Notes: generated by a model from the letters alone, not told the origin. A stretch of 32,000 bases of DNA from Gynuella sp. (GCA_028282465.1 JANQHX010000021.1:2437-34436); one strand, 5' to 3'. Counted from the first letter of the stretch, positions 17,560 through 26,725 are shown. Numbers and translations are program-made.

Positions 17560-18237
17560 ATGAAAACAGTGTTAGTTACTGGTGGCAATCGAGGTATTGG
17601 CAAGGCCATCGTGGTTGGGTTAGCTCAGCAGGGCTATAAGGTGTTGTTGGGGTGTCGTAATTTAAATGCTGGGGAAGATGTCGCCAAAGAAATTCAAGGC
17701 GATATTGTTCCTGTCGCTTTGGATCTGATGGATACATCTGTTTTATTATCTCAAATTGAAGATTTACTAACTCAATTTCCGCAGATTGATATTCTGGTTA
17801 ATAATGCTGGTGTACTTTATGAAGGCGGTGTTGTCACCGGCGACATGGCTGAAATGGCAGAAACCATTCAAGTGAATGTCATGGCGCCCTATATTTTAAC
17901 CAAGGCCTTAGTGCCTGGAATGCAGAATAGAAATTTTGGTCGCATTGTCAATTTGTCTTCCGGCTGGGGATCATTTTCTGAGGGTTTAGCTGGCCCGGCT
18001 TCTTATTCCATTAGTAAAGCGGCCATTAATGGTTTAACTGTTACCCTTGCAAAAGAGTTGTCTGGTGATGTGACTGTGAATTCAATGTGCCCAGGCTGGG
18101 TCCATACTCGCATGGGGGGAGAAGCCGCTCCGCGAACTCCAGAGCAGGGCGCAGAAACTGCTATTTGGTTAGCCTCCCAAGACGCTGGTGGCCCTAATGG
18201 ACAATTCTTTAGAGACAAAACCCCCATCAACTGGTAA
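17560..18237 (+). CDS. SDR-family oxidoreductase
   Basis: TGGNRGIGKAIV NAD(P)-binding motif, LVNNAGVLYEG, catalytic S...YSISKAA. Confidence 0.93.
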   Translation: MKTVLVTGGNRGIGKAIVVGLAQQGYKVLLGCRNLNAGEDVAKEIQGDIVPVALDLMDTSVLLSQIEDLLTQFPQIDILVNNAGVLYEGGVVTGDMAEMAETIQVNVMAPYILTKALVPGMQNRNFGRIVNLSSGWGSFSEGLAGPASYSISKAAINGLTVTLAKELSGDVTVNSMCPGWVHTRMGGEAAPRTPEQGAETAIWLASQDAGGPNGQFFRDKTPINW

Positions 18238-18333
18238 GTCATTTATTGATTCAACTTTTACGTTCGACTGGCTCAGGGTGATTCGTTCTCTTGAGTGAGT
18301 TTTACTGCTTTAAATATTTGAAGGTTAGCTGTT

Positions 18334-19272
18334 TTGAAAAAGATCATTACGATTACATTGAACCCGGCGTTGGATTGCAACGCCACCACAGAACGTATTT
18401 ACGCTGACGGTAAATTACGTTGTGATTCACCAACCTTCGACCCAGGTGGTGGCGGAGTAAATGTCTCCCGTGCTATTAAAAAATTGGGGGGTGATTCTCT
18501 GGCGATTTATCCAAGCGGTGGCTCCACCGGGAAACACTACTCTAATTTATTGTATGCCGAGGGCATCGACACTTTAGTTGTGCCCATCACGGATTGGACT
18601 CGCCAAAACATGACAGTGGTAACCACCACAGATAATCAACAATACCGATTTGTTATGCCGGGCGCGGAATTAAATTCAGATGAGCAACAGGAATTTTTAG
18701 CTGAAATTGAAAATCTGGATGCGGAATACTGTGTCATCAGTGGTAGCTTTCCAGCGGGCACTGAAGACAACTTTTTAAAAGCTCTGTTGAGCCTGTGCAA
18801 AAAGAGAGGATTCAAAATTATTTTTGACAGTTCAGCGGAGTCTTTAATTAAAGCGGTTGAATTGGGTGGATTGTATTTAATTAAACCCAACGGCGCGGAG
18901 TTGGCTGAAATGGCAGGTATGGAAGTAGAAGACCCTGACGATTTAGAAACCCAGGCCAAATCGCTGATTCAACAAGGGAAAGCTGAGGTTGTGATGGTTT
19001 CTTTGGGGCCACAAGGGGCGTTACTGGTTACCAAGGATAAATGCGAACAAATTGTTCCACCTCGTGTTAGAAAAAATAGCACTGTCGGCGCTGGGGATTC
19101 TATGGTGGGTTCTACTGTACTTGCTCTTTCAGAAGGTATGTCGGTTCGTGAAGCTGCTCGCCGCGGTGTAGCTGCTGGTACTGCCGCAACTATGAATCAT
19201 GGCACTGAGCTGTGTAAAAAAGAGGACGTAGATAAAATCTATGCCTGGTTATTGGAGCACTATCCTTTATAG
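18334..19272 (+). CDS. PfkB-family phosphofructokinase (6-phosphofructokinase II/1-phosphofructokinase-like)
   Basis: TLNPALDCNATTERIYADGKLRCDSPTFDPGGGGVNVSRAIKKLGG...VRKNSTVGAGDSMVGSTVLAL; TTG start. Confidence 0.9.
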   Translation: MKKIITITLNPALDCNATTERIYADGKLRCDSPTFDPGGGGVNVSRAIKKLGGDSLAIYPSGGSTGKHYSNLLYAEGIDTLVVPITDWTRQNMTVVTTTDNQQYRFVMPGAELNSDEQQEFLAEIENLDAEYCVISGSFPAGTEDNFLKALLSLCKKRGFKIIFDSSAESLIKAVELGGLYLIKPNGAELAEMAGMEVEDPDDLETQAKSLIQQGKAEVVMVSLGPQGALLVTKDKCEQIVPPRVRKNSTVGAGDSMVGSTVLALSEGMSVREAARRGVAAGTAATMNHGTELCKKEDVDKIYAWLLEHYPL

Positions 19273-19502
19273 GGCAGGGCTAAGTACTCTATAAATCTAA
19301 GCGCTCCTGAAACCTATGTTTATGGTTTTTTAACCCAATTATCATTGCTGCATATATACGGCCCAATGGTACTGCCTGTGGGGTAGGTAACACCGTTATA
19401 TATGCAGTCTGCTTTTACTGGAAATGCAAAGCCAGATAAAATCAGAATAAGTATCCATTTCATTATTAGTAATTTCATAAATTATACCTCCCTATTGTTA
19501 CC

Positions 19503-20015
19503 TCAGGATTTGACAGCGAACATTTGTCCATCAGGTGCCACTGAAACCATCACCAGTTTTATATTTGATTCACTATTTGAGTCCCAGCCCAATAGCAAAG
19601 TATCGTCTTCACTTAATTGAATGTGCTCTTGATTATTTGGGCAGGGGATTACTAGTTTTGCAAATACCTGAACCATTCTTTCTGGTGATTCATTGTCTAC
19701 AACCAATAAATACTTCTGGCCATAGTGCACGCCTTGGCACACGGCGGCTTCGCCTTTAACAAGTGCAACCCCATTTATTTTAACCTGTGACTCAAACTGG
19801 TTAACTGAAGGTCTAATCCAGTTTTCTGTAATGGGTGCTGAAGCCGTTAAAATTGCGAGGGCGAGATTTCCATACATGTAATGTCGGATAGAAAAAAGTA
19901 CCGATGGTTTTGGAGACTTTTTCTGGGTTTCTTGACTTAGTAACTTAAAAGAAAGAAGTGATAATAAGAATACCAAGCCTGGTAATCCTAGTTTTAAGAT
20001 TTCGATAATATCCAT
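19503..20015 (-). CDS. Hypothetical protein with N-terminal TM segments
   Basis: ORF of 170 aa with hydrophobic segments LPGLVFLLSLLSFKLL and YGNLALAILTASAPI; no family recognised. Confidence 0.55.
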   Translation of the reverse strand: MDIIEILKLGLPGLVFLLSLLSFKLLSQETQKKSPKPSVLFSIRHYMYGNLALAILTASAPITENWIRPSVNQFESQVKINGVALVKGEAAVCQGVHYGQKYLLVVDNESPERMVQVFAKLVIPCPNNQEHIQLSEDDTLLLGWDSNSESNIKLVMVSVAPDGQMFAVKS

Positions 20016-20219
20016 GAGTCAGTAACCTCCTTGCTACCTTCTATATTTTATTGAAAATCTAAATTGAATGGCTGTCAAATAAATAATCAGTTATTACTGT
20101 AACTGTGAATTGGATAATGGCTTAAATCATCATTGAGATTTAAATCAAAATATAAATTGTTGAATCGGATTCCCTAAGTTTTTTCCTGTCTTTTTATTTG
20201 GGACTCAAAAAATAAGAAA

Positions 20220-20258
20220 CTCCCTAGTGCTCATTCTTATTATTTAATTTTAGGGGAG
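20220..20258 (-). terminator. Possible terminator of the MotAB/FliG-like operon
   Basis: On the minus strand, CTCCCCTA ... TAGGGAG (one bulge), then a T-rich tract (tttcttatttttt), 17 nt past the stop codon. Confidence 0.45.
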
Positions 20259-20274
20259 GGCTTTAAAGATTTAA

Positions 20275-20952
20275 TTAGTCTCGTCTTACTCGAATCAGTA
20301 TTCGTCGGTTCTGAGTTCTGCGTTCTTCAACAGGAATGGTTTCGTCTGTGACCTTGGGGCGCGAATCAGCATAGCCAGAAGCTTTCATTTGCATTGGGTC
20401 TAAGCCCTGTTCTTGAAAATACTTCACTATGTTTGTGGCGCGATTGGAACTGAGCTCCCAGTTGGAATCGTATTTCTCATTGTGAATGGGAACATCATCT
20501 GTATGACCTTCAATTTCGACAATGTAATAACCTTGAAGATTGTTCGAAACCACTTTCGCTACATCATTCAACAGAGGTAATGCCTGTGGTTGTATATCGG
20601 CACTGCCAGAATCGTAAAGCGGAAAGTTAGTAAACTCCAGTAATACGCCTTTGTCATCAATGGTGACATTTGCAAACTGTTCCAGATCTCGAGTTTCGAT
20701 AACGGATTGCCAACCCGCTTCGATATCTCGCAATGGAGTTTGAACCTTTGTGTTGCTGATGGCTTCAGCTAAGCCTTCTTTTAACGCTTCAATTTTGCCT
20801 TGATTTAAATCTGAGACGCTCATGATCATGACAAAAAAAGCAAGCAACAAAGTGATCACATCGGAATAGGTCACTAACCAACTGTCTTGCTCTCCTTCAC
20901 CCCCTAGCCTTGGCCGACGTCGCTCTGCTCCAGGCCGTGTGCGAAGATTCAT
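20275..20952 (-). CDS. MotB/OmpA-family stator-like protein
   Basis: DSWLVTYSDVITLLLAFFVMIMSVSDLNQGK (MotB TM with proton/ion-coupling Asp) and OmpA-like peptidoglycan-binding motif EGHTDDVPI...NWELSSNRATNIVKYFQEQGL...QNRRILIRV. Confidence 0.93.
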   Translation of the reverse strand: MNLRTRPGAERRRPRLGGEGEQDSWLVTYSDVITLLLAFFVMIMSVSDLNQGKIEALKEGLAEAISNTKVQTPLRDIEAGWQSVIETRDLEQFANVTIDDKGVLLEFTNFPLYDSGSADIQPQALPLLNDVAKVVSNNLQGYYIVEIEGHTDDVPIHNEKYDSNWELSSNRATNIVKYFQEQGLDPMQMKASGYADSRPKVTDETIPVEERRTQNRRILIRVRRD

Positions 20953-21750
20953 TTAAGATTGCTCGCTTGCCATGTCGTAGTAGGCTTTGGGGTTAATTAA
21001 TGCGTTAAGTCGGTCTTGTATGGTGAGGGCGTCGGCCTTTTCCATCATGAATACAAACCCGTCACACCAGAGTTGATGCCGTAAATATTCCCCTTCCATT
21101 TTTTTAAAAATATGAACGGCGGCAGGTCTGAAAATCAACTGAGCCAGCATGACGCCATAGAGAGTGGTGATTAAGGCCAACGCAAGACCTTTGCCTAAGG
21201 CAGTTATGTCCCCATCCATGTTATCTAACATGATGATTAAGCCGATGATAGTACCAACCATACCAAAGGCCGGTGAGTAACTAGCCATGGTGTGTAACAC
21301 TTTTGCCGATTGAGTTCTTCGAGAAAAATCCGCTTCAATGCGGTTAGATATTAAATAGCGAATCTCTTTAGAATCATAGCCCGCAGTTATTTGTTCTAAA
21401 CAATAAGTTAGAAACTCGTTCTTTTTTTCTTTGTTGGTAAGGGAATTTGAAACCGCTGTGAGACCTTGTTGTCGATAGATTTGGCTCCATTCAATAAAAC
21501 GTTTGATGTCTGACCTCAGGGTGCTGTGGTTGTCGCGCTCTTCACTGAAAGTTCGAAAAAGAGCAAAAATAGCGGTGACAAACTCCTTCATGTTGTAACT
21601 AATAATGGTCGCCGCTGCTGTTCCACCCAACACCATAGCAACACTGGTGGGGCTAATAAAAATAATGAAGTTATCGGTATTCGAGGTGATCGCATAAAAG
21701 AATAATGCGATGGCACCTATGATGCCGATGAGTGTGCTAATAAATGTCAT
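20953..21750 (-). CDS. MotA/PomA-family stator-like protein
   Basis: FISTLIGIIGAIALFF; VLHTMASYSPAFGMVGTIIGLIIMLDNM; ALALITTLYGVMLAQLIFRPAA. Confidence 0.93.
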   Translation of the reverse strand: MTFISTLIGIIGAIALFFYAITSNTDNFIIFISPTSVAMVLGGTAAATIISYNMKEFVTAIFALFRTFSEERDNHSTLRSDIKRFIEWSQIYRQQGLTAVSNSLTNKEKKNEFLTYCLEQITAGYDSKEIRYLISNRIEADFSRRTQSAKVLHTMASYSPAFGMVGTIIGLIIMLDNMDGDITALGKGLALALITTLYGVMLAQLIFRPAAVHIFKKMEGEYLRHQLWCDGFVFMMEKADALTIQDRLNALINPKAYYDMASEQS

Positions 21751-23687
21751 TCAATGGTTGCCAAATCTTGCATACTGAATTTACCGGTTTTTATTAATTC
21801 ACGAATATGGTGAACAATGGTACGACGAGATTGCTCAACGAGGTTATCGTCCGGTTGAGAGTCTGTGTATTGAAGTTGATCTTGTACCGCAGCTCGTACC
21901 TTTGAAGGCAGTGCTTCTAGAATATATTTCACTAACTGCGGGTTGGCATTTGCGAGCGCCGAGGTCAATTGCTTTCTGTCTACTTCCCGAAGAATTTCAC
22001 CTAGAATTTCAGGTGGTGTTCTGCCTAGATCATTAAAGGTGTAGTAAACCTGTCGTAAGCGATAATAGGTTTCTGGTGAGTCCTGCTTAATTCGGTCTAG
22101 CAACTGATGCTCGTCAGAAGAGGGTAAGTTGTCGAGCATATCAATCAACAGAGCGGTGCCATCGGTATTGAGGTTTTCAAAGCTAGGCACGTTTAAAGAT
22201 TTTTTGGCAAGTCTGTCTGCGACATCTCTAAACGTGGCAATGGGAAATTCATTAAATTGTCCAATTTCGTAAGCAATTTGGCCCTGCTGTGCCGGTGCTA
22301 AATGTTTTAGCAAAGCCGCAGCCCGTGTGGCAGAGACTTGAGACAGTACCAAGGCTTTGATTCTGGGTTCTTCATCTTGCAGAAGGTAAACAATTTGGCC
22401 ATCAGCCAGTCGATCTAAAAATTTAAATGGCTTAGAAGGATGATGCTCCGGAAAGGATGCCTGATCTCGTAGTAATACATGCCTTAGTGCGGTTAACTCG
22501 GAGTGAACTTCATCTGGTGTTAATTGGTTTTGTTCCAGAAATTGAGTGATCTCATAAATCTGTCCAGTGCTGATGGACGGGAATAAGCCTCTGAACAGAG
22601 AGCCCCCTAGAGTCTGGTAGGCGGATGCTAGGGTTTTTAAATAGTTACCACCCAATAGTAAATCTTCAACCCGTCCACTGGCCCGTTCTGGATTACCAAG
22701 GCCAGCGGTAATAATTTCTTGTTTTAGAGATCGGATGTCGGCAACCACTGGTGCTTCAGAGGTTTCGTTGCTGATAGCACTAGGTACGCTAATGGGCGCC
22801 TGGTTTACTGTTGAGTCTGGCGGTAGTGTATATTTAGGCTTTCTAAAAATGAGGATCAGCAACAGTAAAAAAATAGACGCCGCAAAAGCCAGTGCAACCC
22901 AAGGTACCCAAGTTTGCTGCCACCAGTTTAACTCTTCGCTAGTACTATTGGGGTCCAGCGCTTCCGGCATTCTGGTGTCTGGTTCGCTGTTCAATTCATC
23001 AGAAATGGATTCAAAAGGCGTTTTTACCAGAACAAGGCGGTCACCACGAAAGTAATTCAGTTTCAGCTTACTCTCTAAAAGTGTTCTGACAAATTCTTCC
23101 TGAGAGAGACTAATGGTTTCGTCAATTAATATGGTTACCACCAGGTTTTCTATTCTGGAGAAAATGTCCTGACTAGTTTCCAGTATTTCTTCAACGGGCT
23201 CGCCGCTGTCTTCAAAATTAACAAGACTTTCCCGCATGGATTTTAAACTTTCCAGTACCGGTGAATCCGTGGGTGCTGGTACTTCAACGGATGCATCTTC
23301 ACCAAAGGGTAATCCTGGTAGTTGAATGCTTTCTGGCGTGGAGGATTGTTGTTGTTCCAGCGTCTTTTGTTCTAGTTCCTCGATAAGAGCATTGAGGTTT
23401 TGTAATTTTTGTTCTTGAGCTGGGCTTAAAATATAGTCAGGTGCCGCTTTTGGAATGGTACCTCGCAACCGTTGAATACGGGCATCAATATTGATGATGA
23501 AACGATCATTACCCAAGTAGGCTCGAAGGTCTCTGGTAATTCGGTTTTCCATCTGCCCGATGAATTCCATTTCTGTCATCACGTCTTGTTCAGCAGAAAT
23601 GAACTCGTCAACACTCCAAGCTTTGGCGCTTAGCAAAACCAACAAACTGACGCTGACCCATAAAAAGTATTTGTTCATGTTCATCAT
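21747..23687 (-). CDS. Membrane-anchored FliG-like protein (signal peptide, extracytoplasmic region, TM, FliG M/C-like cytoplasmic region)
   Basis: N-terminal signal sequence (NKYFLWVSVSLLVLLSAKAWS), TM (WVPWVALAFAASIFLLLLILIF), then FliG-like DEEPRIKALVLSQVSATRAAALLKHL and TPPEILGEILREVDRKQLTSALANANPQLVKYILEALPSKVRAAVQDQL...VEQSRRTIVHHIRELIKTG. Confidence 0.82.
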   Translation of the reverse strand: MMNMNKYFLWVSVSLLVLLSAKAWSVDEFISAEQDVMTEMEFIGQMENRITRDLRAYLGNDRFIINIDARIQRLRGTIPKAAPDYILSPAQEQKLQNLNALIEELEQKTLEQQQSSTPESIQLPGLPFGEDASVEVPAPTDSPVLESLKSMRESLVNFEDSGEPVEEILETSQDIFSRIENLVVTILIDETISLSQEEFVRTLLESKLKLNYFRGDRLVLVKTPFESISDELNSEPDTRMPEALDPNSTSEELNWWQQTWVPWVALAFAASIFLLLLILIFRKPKYTLPPDSTVNQAPISVPSAISNETSEAPVVADIRSLKQEIITAGLGNPERASGRVEDLLLGGNYLKTLASAYQTLGGSLFRGLFPSISTGQIYEITQFLEQNQLTPDEVHSELTALRHVLLRDQASFPEHHPSKPFKFLDRLADGQIVYLLQDEEPRIKALVLSQVSATRAAALLKHLAPAQQGQIAYEIGQFNEFPIATFRDVADRLAKKSLNVPSFENLNTDGTALLIDMLDNLPSSDEHQLLDRIKQDSPETYYRLRQVYYTFNDLGRTPPEILGEILREVDRKQLTSALANANPQLVKYILEALPSKVRAAVQDQLQYTDSQPDDNLVEQSRRTIVHHIRELIKTGKFSMQDLATIE

Positions 23688-24443
23688 TTAGTTAAATAGA
23701 ACTTCCAGACCCTTTCGAACATCTTCCATGTTGGGATCAATTTCTAATGCTTGTTCCCAAGCCGTTTTGGCTTCTTCTCTGCGGCCCATTTTGTAATAAA
23801 TACTGCCCTTTAAGGCATAGGCCAGTGCAAATTCAGGCTGTTGATTGATTGCCTGTAATGTCGCGTTCAATGCACCTAGATAGTCTCGCCGGTAAAACAG
23901 TTGTTGTGCCAATACAATACTGTCGTTAGCAGTCATTCCTGACGATGGCGTCGGGTTTAATGTTGTCTCGGTAATGCCATCTGCATTGGTTGTTTCATCA
24001 ATAGGTAACTCGCGATTACTTGAATTTGGTTGTTCATTCTCTCCCATATCCATGGACTTCAGTTTTTCTGCAACTGCACCTAATGGATCATCAGTCTCTT
24101 CCGATTCAGGTAAGTCCATAACAAAGGCAACGTTTTCTTCGCCAGTATCTAGAATTAAGGAGATGTTATAACCCGGACCATGACGGTCTATGGTGATGAC
24201 TCCGAAGTCATCCTTGCCTCTCTGGTTGAGCTGGGTGGGTTCAATTGGCGAATTCGCTTGTAGAATTTGCGATTCTGTGGGGCTAGTTAATTCAGTGTTT
24301 GCGCTGCTATCGCTAATGGTGACGTCTTCGGTTTTAGACGTTTGTTCAGAAGCCGATGTGCCGTTGTTTTGTCCAAACATGGAACAGGCTGATATCAAAA
24401 ACATGGATGTCATTGTCAGCAAAAAAGGAGTCAGTCTTCTCAT
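23688..24443 (-). CDS. TPR-containing lipoprotein
   Basis: Start chosen at ATG 24443 (not 24524): MRRLTPFLLTMTSMFLISAC lipobox. C-terminal TPRs (LAQQLFYRRDYLGALNATLQAINQQPEFALAYALKGSIYYKMGRREEAKTAWEQALEIDPNMEDVRKGLEVL). ATG overlaps the upstream stop (TAATG). Confidence 0.85.
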   Translation of the reverse strand: MRRLTPFLLTMTSMFLISACSMFGQNNGTSASEQTSKTEDVTISDSSANTELTSPTESQILQANSPIEPTQLNQRGKDDFGVITIDRHGPGYNISLILDTGEENVAFVMDLPESEETDDPLGAVAEKLKSMDMGENEQPNSSNRELPIDETTNADGITETTLNPTPSSGMTANDSIVLAQQLFYRRDYLGALNATLQAINQQPEFALAYALKGSIYYKMGRREEAKTAWEQALEIDPNMEDVRKGLEVLFN

Positions 24444-25543
24444 TAGAATCGATACCCCAAAGTAATGTCGTAACTTGCCCCGCCAAATTCTGAAGATTCT
24501 TCTAGGCCATCTACTTCTTTCCATTCCACTTCTTGTTCAGGTAAATAAATAACACCTAAATCAATGTAGCCGTTTCTTGTAAAAGGAAATTCGATTCCGT
24601 ATTTGTAGACGAGAGATTGTTGTTCTTTAAAAAATGCCTGGCCCAGTTCCAAATACATGAGTGTTGGCACCCATTGCTCCAACGCGGATATATTAACTTC
24701 CACTCGGCCTTCAATAACAAAGCCCAGCATGTCGAAATAATCTGTTTGGGCAAGATTTGAAAAAGTTTCGAAACCAAGACCATAACTAATGTCTTCGTTG
24801 AGTTCTGAATGCTCTCTGCGTCTAATACCGAATGTGGTCACGCTTGATAATTGACGGTCAGAAACGCCAGTGCCTTCTCGTTCTGCACTGAATCCCCATG
24901 CTCCTACAAATAATTCCCAGTCGACTCGGTCAAACTCTTCTTCATTCAGTTCTTCGTCCCGTTTAGCTAATTCGATTGGGTTTGTTTTTCTAGCGTATTG
25001 CCGAGTCCAAACAACATGGTTATCTGTGGCATCAACCAGTCTCATGTCGACAGTAAATTTTTCTTCATACACATTTGCGCTCCACATAAAAAACCCATCC
25101 ACTTGAAGCTTTCTGGCTAGGTTGCGCATGTCTTTGTTACTTTCTATCGCTTGATTAATACTGAGTTGATCGTTTTGAAGTTTTACTTGAATCAATTTGC
25201 ATTCAACACACTCGGTGACCAAAAACTTTTCGGTATCAATCAACTTTTTAATGATCATGCCTTCGATCATGGTTTCTGTTGACTTAGGTATTTTTTTATA
25301 AAGTCTGTCTTCTGTGTGATACAAGGCTACTCGCATCACAGGTATTTCCAAATCCGCAAGCTCTTGCACAGGTAGTGTGTTTTCATCTTCCATGAGTTCT
25401 GCAAACCCGTTGTAGTAACGAGCCTGTGTTTCCACCAAATTACTGGTCTGCCCAGTTTCAGCCTGAACATAGTTCAAAGTAGAAAATAAAATTGTTACCC
25501 ATGTGGCAAAAAATTGCCGCTCGAGACTGGCTTCAGCCTGCAT
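24443..25543 (-). CDS. Predicted secreted/outer-membrane beta-barrel protein, function unknown
   Basis: N-terminal signal-like segment (FATWVTILFSTLNYVQA); alternating strands in the C-terminal half ending in an aromatic residue (GGASYDITLGYRF); N-terminal half with LARKLQVDGFFMWSANVYEEKFTVDMRLVDATDNHVVWTRQY. Confidence 0.65.
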   Translation of the reverse strand: MQAEASLERQFFATWVTILFSTLNYVQAETGQTSNLVETQARYYNGFAELMEDENTLPVQELADLEIPVMRVALYHTEDRLYKKIPKSTETMIEGMIIKKLIDTEKFLVTECVECKLIQVKLQNDQLSINQAIESNKDMRNLARKLQVDGFFMWSANVYEEKFTVDMRLVDATDNHVVWTRQYARKTNPIELAKRDEELNEEEFDRVDWELFVGAWGFSAEREGTGVSDRQLSSVTTFGIRRREHSELNEDISYGLGFETFSNLAQTDYFDMLGFVIEGRVEVNISALEQWVPTLMYLELGQAFFKEQQSLVYKYGIEFPFTRNGYIDLGVIYLPEQEVEWKEVDGLEESSEFGGASYDITLGYRF

Positions 25544-25699
25544 TGATTGATTCCATATAAAATTTGTGACCTGTTTTTACAGAATAGAACAGAGCTTGAG
25601 GAATGCATGAAAAATGCGTTTTGAAACCAACGAGAATTTCGAAAAGTTTAAAGTTGTAATATCACTGGTGGACTGCACAGGATGTACTAGTTTCATGTT

Positions 25700-26488
25700 A
25701 TGCAGATATTACCTAAAAACTCTGTCTACCGATCTTTAGGGCAGCACCCCTTGATATTGTTGGATAGACCAGAGCATCAAAAACATGACGCCTATGTGTT
25801 TCTTGTTGATAACATCTCCAGAGCCTTGGAAAACCATCCCGTGATCAATGGAGATGCGCTCCCTAAATGGCTGAGTGACGAAAATTCCACCGGGCAACAG
25901 GTGGAGTACTTGATTTTGCAAATGGTCATCTTCTTCAACTTACTTTATTTGTCTGAGAAAACGGGCCGTAAAGCAGAATCGGATAAGTTGTTTATGGATT
26001 TGGCGCACCTGACCTCTGTTCCTGAAAGTCATAACCTATCTGTGTTGAGAGGCTTTTTTCAGTTTGTTCATGAATACGTGAGGTCGTTAAGAATTCCCTT
26101 TGGCCCACTATTAAGGTCAGTGCCTGTGGATCCAATTACGGATTTTGTGAGTTCAGAACTGACTCATCGGCTGTTAAATGGTGCCCCAAGTAGCAGATTG
26201 GCATCGCGCTTTGCACTAGAGAGTTGGTTGGTTTCAGGTTTTTGGGATGAGTTAGCTTCGTCTTTAATGGCTTATAAAAATCAGCTTGATCTGAATTTAA
26301 TGCCGATTAGCTATTTTTCTAGCCCAACTGGCTCTTTTACCCCACCTTGTATCCCACTGGTAGCCGAGATTTACTTTCAATGTGGCATTCATGAAGATCG
26401 GTTTTTGGCGGATGTGGTGTCGACATTGGATTGCATTGATGATTTTTGGAGTTCAATAGGGCGAAAGACACTTTATGCACAGAAATGA
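25700..26488 (+). CDS. Hypothetical protein
   Basis: 262-aa ORF divergent from the motor-like operon; no family recognised. Confidence 0.6.
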   Translation: MQILPKNSVYRSLGQHPLILLDRPEHQKHDAYVFLVDNISRALENHPVINGDALPKWLSDENSTGQQVEYLILQMVIFFNLLYLSEKTGRKAESDKLFMDLAHLTSVPESHNLSVLRGFFQFVHEYVRSLRIPFGPLLRSVPVDPITDFVSSELTHRLLNGAPSSRLASRFALESWLVSGFWDELASSLMAYKNQLDLNLMPISYFSSPTGSFTPPCIPLVAEIYFQCGIHEDRFLADVVSTLDCIDDFWSSIGRKTLYAQK

Positions 26489-26605
26489 ATCATATTAAAT
26501 TTATACGTCAAATTTTTTTCATTTTTATATTTTATCACTATTGACTTTGCTAACTCTTTGAAAAATAAAGAAAAAATAGCTTGTCTAATTTTTAATCAAT
26601 TTGAT

Positions 26606-26725
26606 AACCCCCCCGAATTTTGGCAATTAGATGGCAGAATTCAGGAACTATTCACAATTTTATCCACAGAAAAAGTGGATAAGTATCTCAACCCCAGTAA
26701 AGAAGGGGGGTTCAAGTTTTTTTTT
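26606..26725 (+). other. Structured AT-rich intergenic segment ending in T9 (possible sRNA or terminator)
   Basis: AACCCCCC(26606-26613)/GGGGGGTT(26705-26712) 8-bp complement; GAATT/AATTC; TTATCCAC/GTGGATAA hairpin 26660-26682; alternative local AACCCC/GGGGTT stem 26690-26712 followed by CAAG-TTTTTTTTT. Confidence 0.4.

Noticed and set aside
20275-21750. Zorya anti-phage system (ZorA/ZorB are MotAB-like)
   Set aside because: The stator genes are canonical MotA/MotB-like, the long ZorA cytoplasmic tail is missing, and no ZorC/ZorD/ZorE-type gene is adjacent. The partners are FliG-like, TPR and OM proteins.
24444-24524. Upstream N-terminal extension of the TPR protein (ORF start at 24524)
   Set aside because: The extension overlaps the OM protein gene and hides a good lipobox. 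The ATG at 24443 gives a proper lipoprotein signal and a TAATG junction.
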